A DNA stretch of 64,000 bases, taken from Promethearchaeota archaeon. Its GTDB lineage: Archaea; Asgardarchaeota; Lokiarchaeia; Sigyniarchaeales; SOKP01. How positions within the stretch are numbered: the first letter of the stretch is position 1; each line of letters begins with the position of its first letter. A program made the translations under genes and the position numbers. A model generated the notes under the pieces. It did no database searches. It had not been told where the DNA came from and was given only the letters and a program-made list of their open reading frames with translations. Location of the stretch: positions 192,001 through 256,000 of the forward strand of contig JAHPZE010000003.1 in assembly GCA_019058365.1 (NCBI GenBank), in the 5' to 3' direction. Below, one piece after another: positions 46,302 to 56,674 of the stretch.

Positions 46302-48656
46302 ATGGTAAAAAAATCAATATCAAGTCTTATAATTGAGAAATTTGGTTTAAATTTATATCAAAAATCACTTAAATTTCTTACAAGTAAAGTTAATATTATT
46401 GAAATTCAAGAAGATCCAATACTAATTAGAAGTCTTATTTTAGATTATGAACGTGAATTTCATCTTATAATTGATAATAGGAATAATGAAATTTTTCATG
46501 ATTGTCCCGCTTTTCTTATTCATTCAGAAAGAGAAAAAAAAATTTGCATTCATTTAATAAAATTGTTATTAGTTATTAGAGATTCCCTTGCTCAAAAAAT
46601 CATAGAAGATTTCAACAAATATAATTTGACTTCAGAAGATTTAGGTTCAAAGAAGAAAAGTAAGAACTTTAAGTTATTAGCAAATCTTTGTTTTGAAAAA
46701 AACAATTGTGTAGAAGCATTAAGTTATTTGAATAAAGCAGTTATCAATCAATTCGATAGTGAAAAAATTGTAGAATCGTTCTTGAATACAGCAATTAATA
46801 ATAATTTATTTATTGAATTCTTTGAATTTTTAGAGAATGGGTATGAAAATGAATTAGAAAATTACTTTTTGAACTTCAATGATAATATCGAAAGAGGGTT
46901 TAAAAGATTTTTAAATACAATACCAAGCTACTCGTTTTTCAACATTCTTAAAATTATTGAATCTATCGATAAAATATCAGAATTTAAAGATATTTCTTTT
47001 ATTGCTTCATATTTCGATAAATTAAAGGAGTTAGTAAATAGTTCCGATTTAAACTCTAAATATTTTTCAATTTATTTTATAAAAAAGAATTATGAAAAAT
47101 TAATTATGAAAAATCAAGCATTTAAGGACTTAATTTCTGAAGCTCAACTAAATTATATAAAAACCAAACTATTAACATATTTTTTTTCTGAAATTGATAA
47201 TTTCTGCATAATCGAGAAATTAAAATTATTGAAAAAGCAATTTAAAGTAATAAATATTCCAAAAGAAAAATTCTATGATAAGTATAAGAATTATAAAATA
47301 GAAGTTCAAGAATTGGAAAGAAAAGTATATCTCAAAAAATTTGCATTTTTAAAGTTACTGATTGAAAAATATAACATAAAAAGAACAAAAGGAGAATTTA
47401 AAAAAAAAAGAAATACTTATGTTGTAAAACACGATGAAGCTAATTTAAAGAATCCTGTTTATAATTATATTATTTCTCGCATTGGCTTTTTTGGATTAAA
47501 TGATCAGACTATAAAATCTTCCGAAATTGGCATCAATTATTTCATAATGAAAGAAATATTTTTAGATGATTTAAGCAGTTTTCAAGATGTGTTCTATTAT
47601 AGACAACAGTTTTGGGGTGAATTGGATAATTATGAAATAAAATCAATTGAAGGGTTAACTTTATCGAGTGAAAGTATAGAATACAGTTATGATGTTGAAC
47701 ACGAATTTTCTGATGATGTAATGATTATAGAATGGAATTTGGCAAATAAACCAATTCAAGGAAGTATAATCAATGCATACAGTTCTCAAATTATAATTCC
47801 TGATTATAATAACCCACTTTTTCATGATTTAAAACCATTTGATTTGTGTTATTGTAAAAAAACTCCTGTAAAAATTGAGAGTAACATAATTAAAACTGTA
47901 AATGTAATTAAAAAATGCTCATTTAAAGAGGCTATTGAGAATATTTCAAAAGGAATGGAATTCATAGAAGGATATTACAGATTATCATTAGTTAAAGCAG
48001 TACTAAATAAAGAAATTGATCCATTTTACGCTCATGAAATAGTAGTTAATAACCAAAATAGAGTTTTTGTCCCTAAATACAATGCTTTCATTAAGGCTTT
48101 TAACGAATTTTTATTTGACTTTATCTTTAAAGAAAGAGATTATATCTTTGAAGAATTAATAACAAGTGTTGAACATAATACTAATCAAATTTTAACTTTA
48201 TTAAATTTGAATAATGAATTAGCAGGGTTAGATTTGCCCTACAATGAAATTTTAAAGGATTGTATTTATCCAAATGTTAAATTAAAAGAGTTCAAATCAA
48301 GATTTTTAAATAAAATCCATTCCATTATAAAAAATATTTTAAAAGAACGTGAACTTGGAACCACAATCTTTTTTGACTTGAAAAAATTACGGCATACTCC
48401 ATTCTTTAAATACTCTAATGAAATTCTTGAAATTAGAAAAAAAGAATTTGAATCTATAGAAATTCACAGATTTATTGATAATAATGAGGTGCTTTATGAG
48501 ATATCTGAAATTTATAAGACATATTATGGTAAAAAATTCTTAAATATTCTTCAAGTAAAGGATCTACTAATTTTAAAACCCGAAAAATTTAAAAAATTTC
48601 ATGATATAAGTTCAAAATTAAATCTAAATGTTAAGATTGTAAATTTAGACAATTAA
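46302..48656 (+). CDS. SWIM-type zinc-finger protein with large helical C-terminus
   Basis: HDCPAF...KKICIHL (HxC...CxH SWIM variant); third gene of the MoxR-VWA operon. Confidence 0.7.
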   Translation: MVKKSISSLIIEKFGLNLYQKSLKFLTSKVNIIEIQEDPILIRSLILDYEREFHLIIDNRNNEIFHDCPAFLIHSEREKKICIHLIKLLLVIRDSLAQKIIEDFNKYNLTSEDLGSKKKSKNFKLLANLCFEKNNCVEALSYLNKAVINQFDSEKIVESFLNTAINNNLFIEFFEFLENGYENELENYFLNFNDNIERGFKRFLNTIPSYSFFNILKIIESIDKISEFKDISFIASYFDKLKELVNSSDLNSKYFSIYFIKKNYEKLIMKNQAFKDLISEAQLNYIKTKLLTYFFSEIDNFCIIEKLKLLKKQFKVINIPKEKFYDKYKNYKIEVQELERKVYLKKFAFLKLLIEKYNIKRTKGEFKKKRNTYVVKHDEANLKNPVYNYIISRIGFFGLNDQTIKSSEIGINYFIMKEIFLDDLSSFQDVFYYRQQFWGELDNYEIKSIEGLTLSSESIEYSYDVEHEFSDDVMIIEWNLANKPIQGSIINAYSSQIIIPDYNNPLFHDLKPFDLCYCKKTPVKIESNIIKTVNVIKKCSFKEAIENISKGMEFIEGYYRLSLVKAVLNKEIDPFYAHEIVVNNQNRVFVPKYNAFIKAFNEFLFDFIFKERDYIFEELITSVEHNTNQILTLLNLNNELAGLDLPYNEILKDCIYPNVKLKEFKSRFLNKIHSIIKNILKERELGTTIFFDLKKLRHTPFFKYSNEILEIRKKEFESIEIHRFIDNNEVLYEISEIYKTYYGKKFLNILQVKDLLILKPEKFKKFHDISSKLNLNVKIVNLDN

Positions 48657-49855
48657 TTCTTATTATAATCTTCAAATTGTAATTTTCCATAAACAGCATC
48701 ATGACCTGGTATAAACCAGAATTTATCTTTCCGTATTTTACAAATTGCTTCCTTTAGATCCTCAGGGATTCCATCAAAATTACTCTTTCCTTCCCATATT
48801 GCATATTCGCTGCAATTTTGTGCAAGCAATCTTTGATATATTGATATGTTCCCTCTATCATATACAGATCCTCCTAGAACAATTGAAATTAAATCCAATA
48901 AGGGGACAATATACTGAAAATTTAATTTGAAAAGATTTTTTTGATCACTTAATTCTTGAACTCGAGCTAATACACCTTTAGTAAGTTTTTTTTTACAGAA
49001 AGGACAAATGTCAATATTAAGTTTAGGACTGCAGAAATAATCTTTTTTGTCAATGTGTCGTTCTGATCTATGGCCATCATAATAATATTTGTCCTGTGAT
49101 GGTTTAAACTCATAAGTCTTAACAATTTTATTTTTTCTAATCGAATCGATTAAGTTTTGGTAATTAAGTTTATTCAAATCAAAAATTGTAGCCTCTCTTC
49201 CTAATCTATGAAAATTGGTAGAATGACTGTCAGAATTAGATATTATAGAAACTTTGTTAAACTCTGAAATACCTCTGATCATTAATGGATCTGCACTTAA
49301 TCCCGTTTCAATAGAATTTATATAATTTATTCCAGTTCCTAAAGCATCTTCCATCGTATTAAAGTGAGAGATATCTCCAAATAACCCAAAATATGGGGTA
49401 AATATGTGAGCAGGTATTATCTCAATATCCTTATCTATTGATTTTAAATTAAAAATAAGCTTTTCTGGAGAATTATAAATTTTGGGTCTCCCTTCTTTAG
49501 CTAGGTTGCCAAATTGTGAAAATAATTCAATCGATTCTTCTACTTTTTCAAAATTTGGAAAAAGAATAATGAAATGAACTTTTTTGATTTTTGAATTGTT
49601 TTTCCAAATAGCTTCAACTTCAGTTTGTAATATAAAATTAACATCTGGCACTTTTGGAGTATAGAAAATTCCGTTTGAAGTTTCTATTAAATTACTTTTT
49701 AATTCATTTAACCATAATGGATGAAGACAATCACCCGTTCCAACTAATTGAATCCCTTTAATACTACAAATATAAGCTATTTTAAAAGTGTTAATGTTTT
49801 TACTTGCTCCTGCTGAGAATTTACTATGAATGTGTAAATCACAAATCTTATACAT
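48653..49855 (-). CDS. Endonuclease Q family (PHP domain)
   Basis: DLHIHSKFS, GTGD, PAHIFTP, ETGLSAD, SNSDSHS, RLGRE, CPFC, GV..RV.EL, PGHDAVYG. Confidence 0.88.
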   Translation of the reverse strand: MYKICDLHIHSKFSAGASKNINTFKIAYICSIKGIQLVGTGDCLHPLWLNELKSNLIETSNGIFYTPKVPDVNFILQTEVEAIWKNNSKIKKVHFIILFPNFEKVEESIELFSQFGNLAKEGRPKIYNSPEKLIFNLKSIDKDIEIIPAHIFTPYFGLFGDISHFNTMEDALGTGINYINSIETGLSADPLMIRGISEFNKVSIISNSDSHSTNFHRLGREATIFDLNKLNYQNLIDSIRKNKIVKTYEFKPSQDKYYYDGHRSERHIDKKDYFCSPKLNIDICPFCKKKLTKGVLARVQELSDQKNLFKLNFQYIVPLLDLISIVLGGSVYDRGNISIYQRLLAQNCSEYAIWEGKSNFDGIPEDLKEAICKIRKDKFWFIPGHDAVYGKLQFEDYNKN

Positions 49856-50091
49856 CTTTCTAGAGTTGATTTTATTGAAACTTGTTATACTTTTTCAATC
49901 AATTTATTTAAAATCATAAATAAAATTAGAATTAAAAATAAATATAGATTAAGTCCGCATTAATGGTAATTCTTATTTAATAATGAAGTTAGAAAATATT
50001 TTTCTAACAGTATTTTTATTATTTAGCATAAATTTTATTTACGTAGAATCTGAAAGTTTAATTGATAACAATTAAACAAAATTATAAACAT

Positions 50092-51372
50092 ATGAAAAAA
50101 AATAATTTCCAACACCCATCAAAAGATATTGTTGAAAGTAAAGGTACTATACTTAGAGGAAAAACAATCTGTATGTGCTTAACAGGTTCGGTAGCTGTAA
50201 TATCTTCTCCAATTGTAGCTCGAGAACTTATGAGAATGGGAGCGGATGTATTATGTGTTATGTCTAAAGCTGCAACAGAATTAATAAATCCATCCTTAAT
50301 GGAATGGGCAACAGGAAATAAAGTTATTACTAAATTAACTGGAGCTGTTGAACATGTTTATCTTGCGGGGGATAGACCTAGAAGTGTAGGGAAAGCTGAT
50401 TTAATTTTAATATGCCCCGCAACTGCTAATACAATTTCAAAAATTGCACATGGAATTGATGATACGCCAGTTACAACAGTAGCATCAACAGCATTTGGAT
50501 CTTCTATACCAATTGTAATTGTCCCTGCTATGCACGAAAGTATGTACAAACATCCCATCTTAGAACAGAATGAGATGAAATTGCGTAATTGTGGTGTTGA
50601 TATCCTAGGTCCTAGGATTTCCGAAGGAAAAGCTAAAATCGCTAGAATTGATGATATAATTGATAGAGTAATTGATTTATTAATATCTAAGAAAGATTTG
50701 GAAGGAAAGAAAATACTTATAACAGCTGGGCCAACTAGAGAAGCAATAGATGCAGTTCGGTTTGTTTCAAACAAATCATCAGGAAGAATGGGTATCGAAT
50801 TAGCTAAAGAAGCTTCTGCTAGAGGCGCTGATGTATTATTAATTGCCGGAGAATGTTCGGTAAAACTTCCAGATTATATAAACATTAAACACGTTGTTTC
50901 TATTGATGATTTTATAAAAACTGTTAAAGAGGAAATCTCATATAATAATTATGATTTTTTCATTTCATCAGCAGCTATAAGTGATTATAAACCAGTTGAA
51001 TGTATTGAAGGAAAAATATCATCTGATAATGTAGAAGAATTGCATGTTAATATGACTTTAACACCGAAGATAATCGATGTTGCAAGAAAAAAAGATTATA
51101 ATTTATTTATTGTTGCATTTAAAGCTGAAACAAATGTTTCTAAAAGTGAATTAATTGAACGTGCGTATAAAAGACTCGTTAAATCTGAAGTTGATTTAAT
51201 TGTGGCAAATGATATTGGTCGAGATGATATTGGTTTTCGCAGTAAATACAATGAAGTATTTATTATTGATAAAAAAAAACATATTACTCATGTAGAGAGA
51301 AATACTAAAAGGTATATCGCATCTAAAATAATTGATGTAGCTATAGAGACCTATCAAACGAGAAATTCTTAG
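50092..51372 (+). CDS. coaBC: Phosphopantothenoylcysteine decarboxylase / phosphopantothenate-cysteine ligase
   Basis: TGSVA, PATANTISKIA.GIDD, PAMH, TAGPTREAIDAVRF.SN.SSG.MG, AAISDY, FKAET; ATG at 50092 preferred over TTG at 50062. Confidence 0.95.
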   Translation: MKKNNFQHPSKDIVESKGTILRGKTICMCLTGSVAVISSPIVARELMRMGADVLCVMSKAATELINPSLMEWATGNKVITKLTGAVEHVYLAGDRPRSVGKADLILICPATANTISKIAHGIDDTPVTTVASTAFGSSIPIVIVPAMHESMYKHPILEQNEMKLRNCGVDILGPRISEGKAKIARIDDIIDRVIDLLISKKDLEGKKILITAGPTREAIDAVRFVSNKSSGRMGIELAKEASARGADVLLIAGECSVKLPDYINIKHVVSIDDFIKTVKEEISYNNYDFFISSAAISDYKPVECIEGKISSDNVEELHVNMTLTPKIIDVARKKDYNLFIVAFKAETNVSKSELIERAYKRLVKSEVDLIVANDIGRDDIGFRSKYNEVFIIDKKKHITHVERNTKRYIASKIIDVAIETYQTRNS

Positions 51373-51631
51373 ATTTATAGTATAGAGTCTATTTTAAAGA
51401 CTTATTTTGAAGACTCATCAACTTTTTTTATAATTTATAACCTAATGATAATATTTAAATATTAAATTATTTACTCTAAGAAATGAAGAAAAAATTAAAG
51501 TTTGAGCAGATAAAGAATACCTAGAAATTAGAACTAATGGTAAAGATTGTATTATTTTAATAATTAGTTTAGGAATAAAAGTATATATATTAATAATTTG
51601 TTTTAATAAAGATTGATTAAGAAATTACTTT

Positions 51632-54600
51632 TTGAGTGCGTTTAAAATTACATCGAAAGAAGAAGGAAAAATCAAACAAGGAACCATCGCAGAATATATG
51701 CGTAAGAGGACACAATTAGTAGGTTTTGAATTTGGGTACTGGAAACATGTGCAATATTGTAGTGAGTTCCTGGACAATGCATTAGATGCCATTGAAAGTT
51801 TTCAATGGAAACAATTAAAAAAAAAAGATTCCAAAATCAAATTTTCTTTGGATCAAGAATTATTTTTAGAAAAATTCTCTATTCTTGAGGCTGCAAAGGA
51901 AGAAAAAAGATCTCAGCACTTAGATAATGAAGCAAAACATACTTTAATGCAAGAATTCTGTATTGAATCCACGGAATCCGATAATACTATTACTCAAGAA
52001 ATAGAAATTAGAGAAGAAGAATCTGGAGAAATAATTGATAAAGAAGAATTAGAAGTTGAGGAGGAAGTCAAAAGAATAATTGATGATATGCAAGAGATCA
52101 TTAAACCTGTTGAATACATTATTGATGTAGAACCTATCGTAATTGTTCGTCTCACGGAATATGAAGCTGCTTCATTTTTAACTTCTGAAATTAGCCAGAA
52201 AAATATCATGAGCTTCACTTTTGAAATATTTGATAATGGCACGGGAATGTCAAAAATTGATTTAAAAAAATTTGGAGGATATCTTGCCTCCTCAAAATCT
52301 ATGGAATTAAAACAAACTAGAGGAAGTCAAGGATTCGGTGCACCAAGTGCTTTTAGTGATGCTCAAAACACAACTGGTAAACCAGTTGTTACAGTTTCAA
52401 AATCAAGTGACCAAGTATATGCTACTTGCTCAGAATTTTTCACTACATCTAAAAATGAGAAAAAATATTTAATTCATCCAACTGAAATTGACAGTCCCTT
52501 TTTACATGGTACTTACATCAAATTAAATTATCTAAATGTAAGATATGTTAGGGGATATGTTGAAAAATATATCGAAGAAACAGCATTTATGAATCCTCAT
52601 GTTACGCTTATTTATATTGATCCCTTTGGAAAGGAAAAAATTTATCGAAGATTAGCTACTTCTTTCCCACCCGAACCTAAATATGCCAAACCTCATCCCT
52701 CGTCTACTAATATAGGAGATCTACAGGATTTAATTACAAAATCAGAAAATAAATCTATATCGGCGTTTTTACAAGATAATTTTGTTAGAATGAGTTCAAA
52801 AATAGCTAAAGAAATTGTAGATATTGGTGAACGAGATTTACAAGACAAATTAAATTTACTAATATTAAAAGATGGTTTTGTAAATGTAGCTAAGAAAAGA
52901 ACAGATCAAATTTATTTCATGCGAGATGAAAAAAAAATATATGGGCGTTCTACTAAACCACGAGACAAATTAATGATTTATCAAGTTGAATCAGAAGAAC
53001 TTAAAGAAAAATATTGGGATTTCATTTCAAATTATAACAAATATATTAGAGATTATGAAAAAATTAATAAAGAGATAAAGAAATTAAATGCCCAAATTGA
53101 AAAAACAGTAACTAAAAAAGAAATAACAGTTATCGAAAGAGAAATTAAAAATTTTTTAAAAAAAATTGAGGATGTCAGAAAAGAAAAGGATAAAACTAAG
53201 GAAAATTTAAATCTTTTATTTAAAAATGCCAAGGATGGATTGATTGAGCAAAAAAAATTTAAGAATAGAACAGATTTTGAAGCTTTAGTTAATGAGGTTC
53301 GATTATCTAAAGTAAAACCTGTTGACTTAACAAAGGAGCAATTTAATTCTCTATTCCTTGCTTTCAAATCAATAAAATATATGACCCCCCCAACAGACAC
53401 AGCAATTCCAGTAGGAGAATCGATTTTAGAGAATACTTTAATTAAAGAAATTGGCTTAAAAATTTCAGATAATATCGATGACTTTGATATACCTATCGAT
53501 ACAATTAGCCAAACAACTGAATTATTATCTGATGAAAAAAAGAGCATGTTATTAAAAGAAGATTCAGAAGAACTTATTAATTTAAATTCTGAAATATTGG
53601 GAACTATTGATATTATCGATAATAGTTTTGATTACCAACAAGTAAAACAAATAATTGAAGATACTCTTAGCTTTTCTGATATTGACTCTATAGAAAGCTA
53701 TCATGATGTATTTGACTATTTCCTTGAAACTTTTACAAAAGATAATGATTTTGTAGCAGCAGAAACAAGAGCACCTACAAGCGGAAAAGGTTTAGCATAT
53801 GTAGTTGAAGCAGTAATGGCCTATTCCAGAAGTATTGAAGTACCAAAGCGATCAAGAGATGTTTTATCGAGGTTTGTAAATAGGACACCGAAATTGAGAG
53901 ACAGTGCAGATTGTGCTATAACAAAGGCAGTTCAATCAGTCAATTGGAAGAATTATAATCTTGAAACATATGATAATAACTTGCCAAGAGGGCCAATAAA
54001 ACTATTAGTTAATGTTTCTGGACCATTTGTCCATTTAATGTTTAAATCACAATCAAAAAATGCCCTAGCTGATGATGAAGATTTAATTAAAGAAATAAAA
54101 TATTGTCTCGAAGCAATAGGAAGAAGATTACGAGTTTATATCAATAGAAGAGCTAGTATGCATAAAAGTGAAAAAAGAGCTAGTTTAATAGAGAAATATA
54201 TTCCTACATTCGTTAAGAGCGTATATAATATCGCATTTCGGGGGGAGAGTAAATATAAATCAAAATTGGATGTTAAAGAAATTGAAGATTTAATGAAGGG
54301 AGCAATAGGCAAAAAGCCAGTTCCAGTTATTATACAAGATTTAAAATCCGAAAAACCTGAAATTAAAGAAATAGAAATTAGAAAAGAAGAACCAAAGGAA
54401 GTTGAGACCCTTAAAGAAGAGATTGCTATTAAAAAAGAAATTCCTATCGAAAAACCGAAACCAAAAATAGATGTAATTTCTAAAAAAACCTTACTTAACT
54501 GGACTGTAAGTGAACTCAAAGATTATTGTAAAGAGCATGATATTATAATACAATCAAAAGAAAGGAAAAATGAGATTATTAATAAGATTTTAGACTCATT

Positions 54601-54958
54601 TTCTTTTGAGAGAGTTATAGAGAAACCAGGAAAAATTGAACCTTTGATTTCAGAAATCATTATAGAAAAGCCAAAACCTTTAATAACTTCTGCTAAGGAA
54701 AAGCCTATATCAACTATAATTCAAAAAATACCTTCAAAACCAAAATCAACTCAAACTACATTACCTATTATTACTACTGATAAAATCGTTTCGGTGTTAT
54801 CAACCGAGTGGCAAACCATAAAACACCTTATTTTTAAATTAAAAATTAAAGATATGATGGATGCTCGATACCTTCAATTGAAATTAAAAGAGCTAGAACG
54901 TAAAGGAGAAGTGTTAGTTGATGTTAAAATGGGTAGAAAACATTGGAAATTGAAATGA
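51632..54958 (+). CDS. top6B: DNA topoisomerase VI subunit B with large insertions and C-terminal extension
   Basis: EFLDNALDA N-box, DNGTGM, SSK...QTRGSQGFG, HGT, NPH, KPHP, RFVNRTP, VNWKNY; adjacent to top6A. Confidence 0.93.
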   Translation: MSAFKITSKEEGKIKQGTIAEYMRKRTQLVGFEFGYWKHVQYCSEFLDNALDAIESFQWKQLKKKDSKIKFSLDQELFLEKFSILEAAKEEKRSQHLDNEAKHTLMQEFCIESTESDNTITQEIEIREEESGEIIDKEELEVEEEVKRIIDDMQEIIKPVEYIIDVEPIVIVRLTEYEAASFLTSEISQKNIMSFTFEIFDNGTGMSKIDLKKFGGYLASSKSMELKQTRGSQGFGAPSAFSDAQNTTGKPVVTVSKSSDQVYATCSEFFTTSKNEKKYLIHPTEIDSPFLHGTYIKLNYLNVRYVRGYVEKYIEETAFMNPHVTLIYIDPFGKEKIYRRLATSFPPEPKYAKPHPSSTNIGDLQDLITKSENKSISAFLQDNFVRMSSKIAKEIVDIGERDLQDKLNLLILKDGFVNVAKKRTDQIYFMRDEKKIYGRSTKPRDKLMIYQVESEELKEKYWDFISNYNKYIRDYEKINKEIKKLNAQIEKTVTKKEITVIEREIKNFLKKIEDVRKEKDKTKENLNLLFKNAKDGLIEQKKFKNRTDFEALVNEVRLSKVKPVDLTKEQFNSLFLAFKSIKYMTPPTDTAIPVGESILENTLIKEIGLKISDNIDDFDIPIDTISQTTELLSDEKKSMLLKEDSEELINLNSEILGTIDIIDNSFDYQQVKQIIEDTLSFSDIDSIESYHDVFDYFLETFTKDNDFVAAETRAPTSGKGLAYVVEAVMAYSRSIEVPKRSRDVLSRFVNRTPKLRDSADCAITKAVQSVNWKNYNLETYDNNLPRGPIKLLVNVSGPFVHLMFKSQSKNALADDEDLIKEIKYCLEAIGRRLRVYINRRASMHKSEKRASLIEKYIPTFVKSVYNIAFRGESKYKSKLDVKEIEDLMKGAIGKKPVPVIIQDLKSEKPEIKEIEIRKEEPKEVETLKEEIAIKKEIPIEKPKPKIDVISKKTLLNWTVSELKDYCKEHDIIIQSKERKNEIINKILDSFSFERVIEKPGKIEPLISEIIIEKPKPLITSAKEKPISTIIQKIPSKPKSTQTTLPIITTDKIVSVLSTEWQTIKHLIFKLKIKDMMDARYLQLKLKELERKGEVLVDVKMGRKHWKLK

Positions 54959-54967
54959 GGTATAAAA

Positions 54968-56155
54968 ATGGCGAAAAAGCAAAATAATAATGTTTACGAT
55001 TTACGAGCAGCAAAAGATTTATACTTTGAATATTTAGAAAGAGGAAAAGAGATAAAGGAAATTGATCTTCCACCAGATACAGTAAAGATTGATGATCTTA
55101 GTAGAAAAGAAATGTTTAATAGATTGTATAAATTAGTCGATAAAGTTCTTGAAAAGATTTATACAACTGGAAGACCATCAATTGAATTGCCTTCTAGATC
55201 AAGTACAAATATCATTTGGGACGAAGAAAATGATCTATTATTACTTGGTAAACAAATAATGGAAAAACAATTTCACTCACTTACTAGTGTAGCAGATATC
55301 ACTAGACTAATGAGAGTATTAGAGGTTGTCTATGAACTTCTAAATGAAGATATTCATGCAACAAAAAGGGAAGTCTTCTATACTGATGTTAATTTGTTTC
55401 AAGAGCAAAAAAATAGCGATAAAAGTATTGAAGATGCTGCAACAATGTTATATACAACTAGAAATTCAACTCATATTGTAGCAGCTCCAAAAGGTACATG
55501 TGTAGGACGGTTAAGAATTCGCGATAGAAATGATATTATTGATTTAGAAGGATTAGGGAGTGGTGGGTGGACAATTTCACCGATGCTTGATAATATTGAG
55601 ATAATTGAGTCCGACGCGGAATTTATTCTTGTAATAGAGAAAGATGCTGCGATGATGCGCTTGGCAGAAGCTAGATTTTGGAGAAAATATCCTTGCATCC
55701 TAATAACAGCTCAAGGTGTTGGAAATGTTGCAGTAAGAATGTTTTTAAAAAGATTAAGTAAAGAATTAAATCTTCCAGTATTTAGTTTAGTTGATAGTGA
55801 TCCTTATGGTCATTATATTCACTCAGTATATTTAAGAGGTTCTAAAAGGTTAAGTTATGAATCACCTTTTCTTGCTACACCAAATATAAAACTTCTAGGA
55901 GTATTAACGAGAGATTTGGATAAATATAAAATCCCTCAAGAAGTCCGGATTAAAATGAATAAACAAGACGAAAAACGTACCAAAGATTTACTAAACGAAG
56001 ATTTCCTAAAAAAAAATAAAGCTTGGGAAGATGATCTTAAGTTAGCTCTTAAACTCAAAATAAAAGCAGAAATTCAAGCATTTGCATCTCATGGATTTAA
56101 ATTTTTAACGGATAAATACTTACCTGAAAAACTCACAACAGGTGATTGGATATGA
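54968..56155 (+). CDS. top6A: DNA topoisomerase VI subunit A (Spo11 homolog)
   Basis: TKREVFY catalytic Tyr, VIEKDA, DSDPYG TOPRIM, KAEIQA. Confidence 0.96.
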   Translation: MAKKQNNNVYDLRAAKDLYFEYLERGKEIKEIDLPPDTVKIDDLSRKEMFNRLYKLVDKVLEKIYTTGRPSIELPSRSSTNIIWDEENDLLLLGKQIMEKQFHSLTSVADITRLMRVLEVVYELLNEDIHATKREVFYTDVNLFQEQKNSDKSIEDAATMLYTTRNSTHIVAAPKGTCVGRLRIRDRNDIIDLEGLGSGGWTISPMLDNIEIIESDAEFILVIEKDAAMMRLAEARFWRKYPCILITAQGVGNVAVRMFLKRLSKELNLPVFSLVDSDPYGHYIHSVYLRGSKRLSYESPFLATPNIKLLGVLTRDLDKYKIPQEVRIKMNKQDEKRTKDLLNEDFLKKNKAWEDDLKLALKLKIKAEIQAFASHGFKFLTDKYLPEKLTTGDWI

Positions 56156-56664
56156 GAATCTTTAAAAAGAAAGATGGCGGAATCGTACAATTAATCGATA
56201 AAGATGATATGAAGGAATGGCCGATTGAATTACCTTTACTTTTCATCGAATATATAAGAAATAAACAATTAGAAAGTTATGGGAGTGCTAAAAAGGATGT
56301 TGAGTCATATCTCGATGAAATTATGACAGACGTAGCAATCCCAGGATTAGTGAATGTTTTAGAAGGAGATGATAACGAAAAAATTATACTAGCTCTAACT
56401 CGCATTGAAGAAATTTCAAAAAAAGATATTGAAATGGCGAAACCAATAAAAAAATATCTGAATTATCTTCTAGAAAAAAACGATAAACAGATTGTGAATT
56501 TAGCTCAGACCATTTCAAAAAATTTTACTAATGCTGAAAGAAAGAAAGAATTAGCACAAAAGAGGAAATATATGCGCGAAAAAGAAAATTTATTCCTAGA
56601 AGGCAAAATTAGTGGAGAAGAATATGCTAAAGCGAGAAAAGAATATTTAACTTTAAAAGAGTAA
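56152..56664 (+). CDS. Hypothetical protein with HEAT-like core and SHOCT-like C-terminus, coupled to top6A
   Basis: ATG overlaps the top6A stop (ATGA) with AGGTGA SD; C-terminal LEGKISGEEYAKARKEYL. Confidence 0.7.
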   Translation: MRIFKKKDGGIVQLIDKDDMKEWPIELPLLFIEYIRNKQLESYGSAKKDVESYLDEIMTDVAIPGLVNVLEGDDNEKIILALTRIEEISKKDIEMAKPIKKYLNYLLEKNDKQIVNLAQTISKNFTNAERKKELAQKRKYMREKENLFLEGKISGEEYAKARKEYLTLKE

Positions 56665-56674
56665 TATCAATCTT

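Noticed and set aside
51632-54958. Inteins as the cause of the Top6B length (also checked for SMC and MCM)
   Set aside because: No C/S...HN-C/S/T splice junctions or LAGLIDADG motifs
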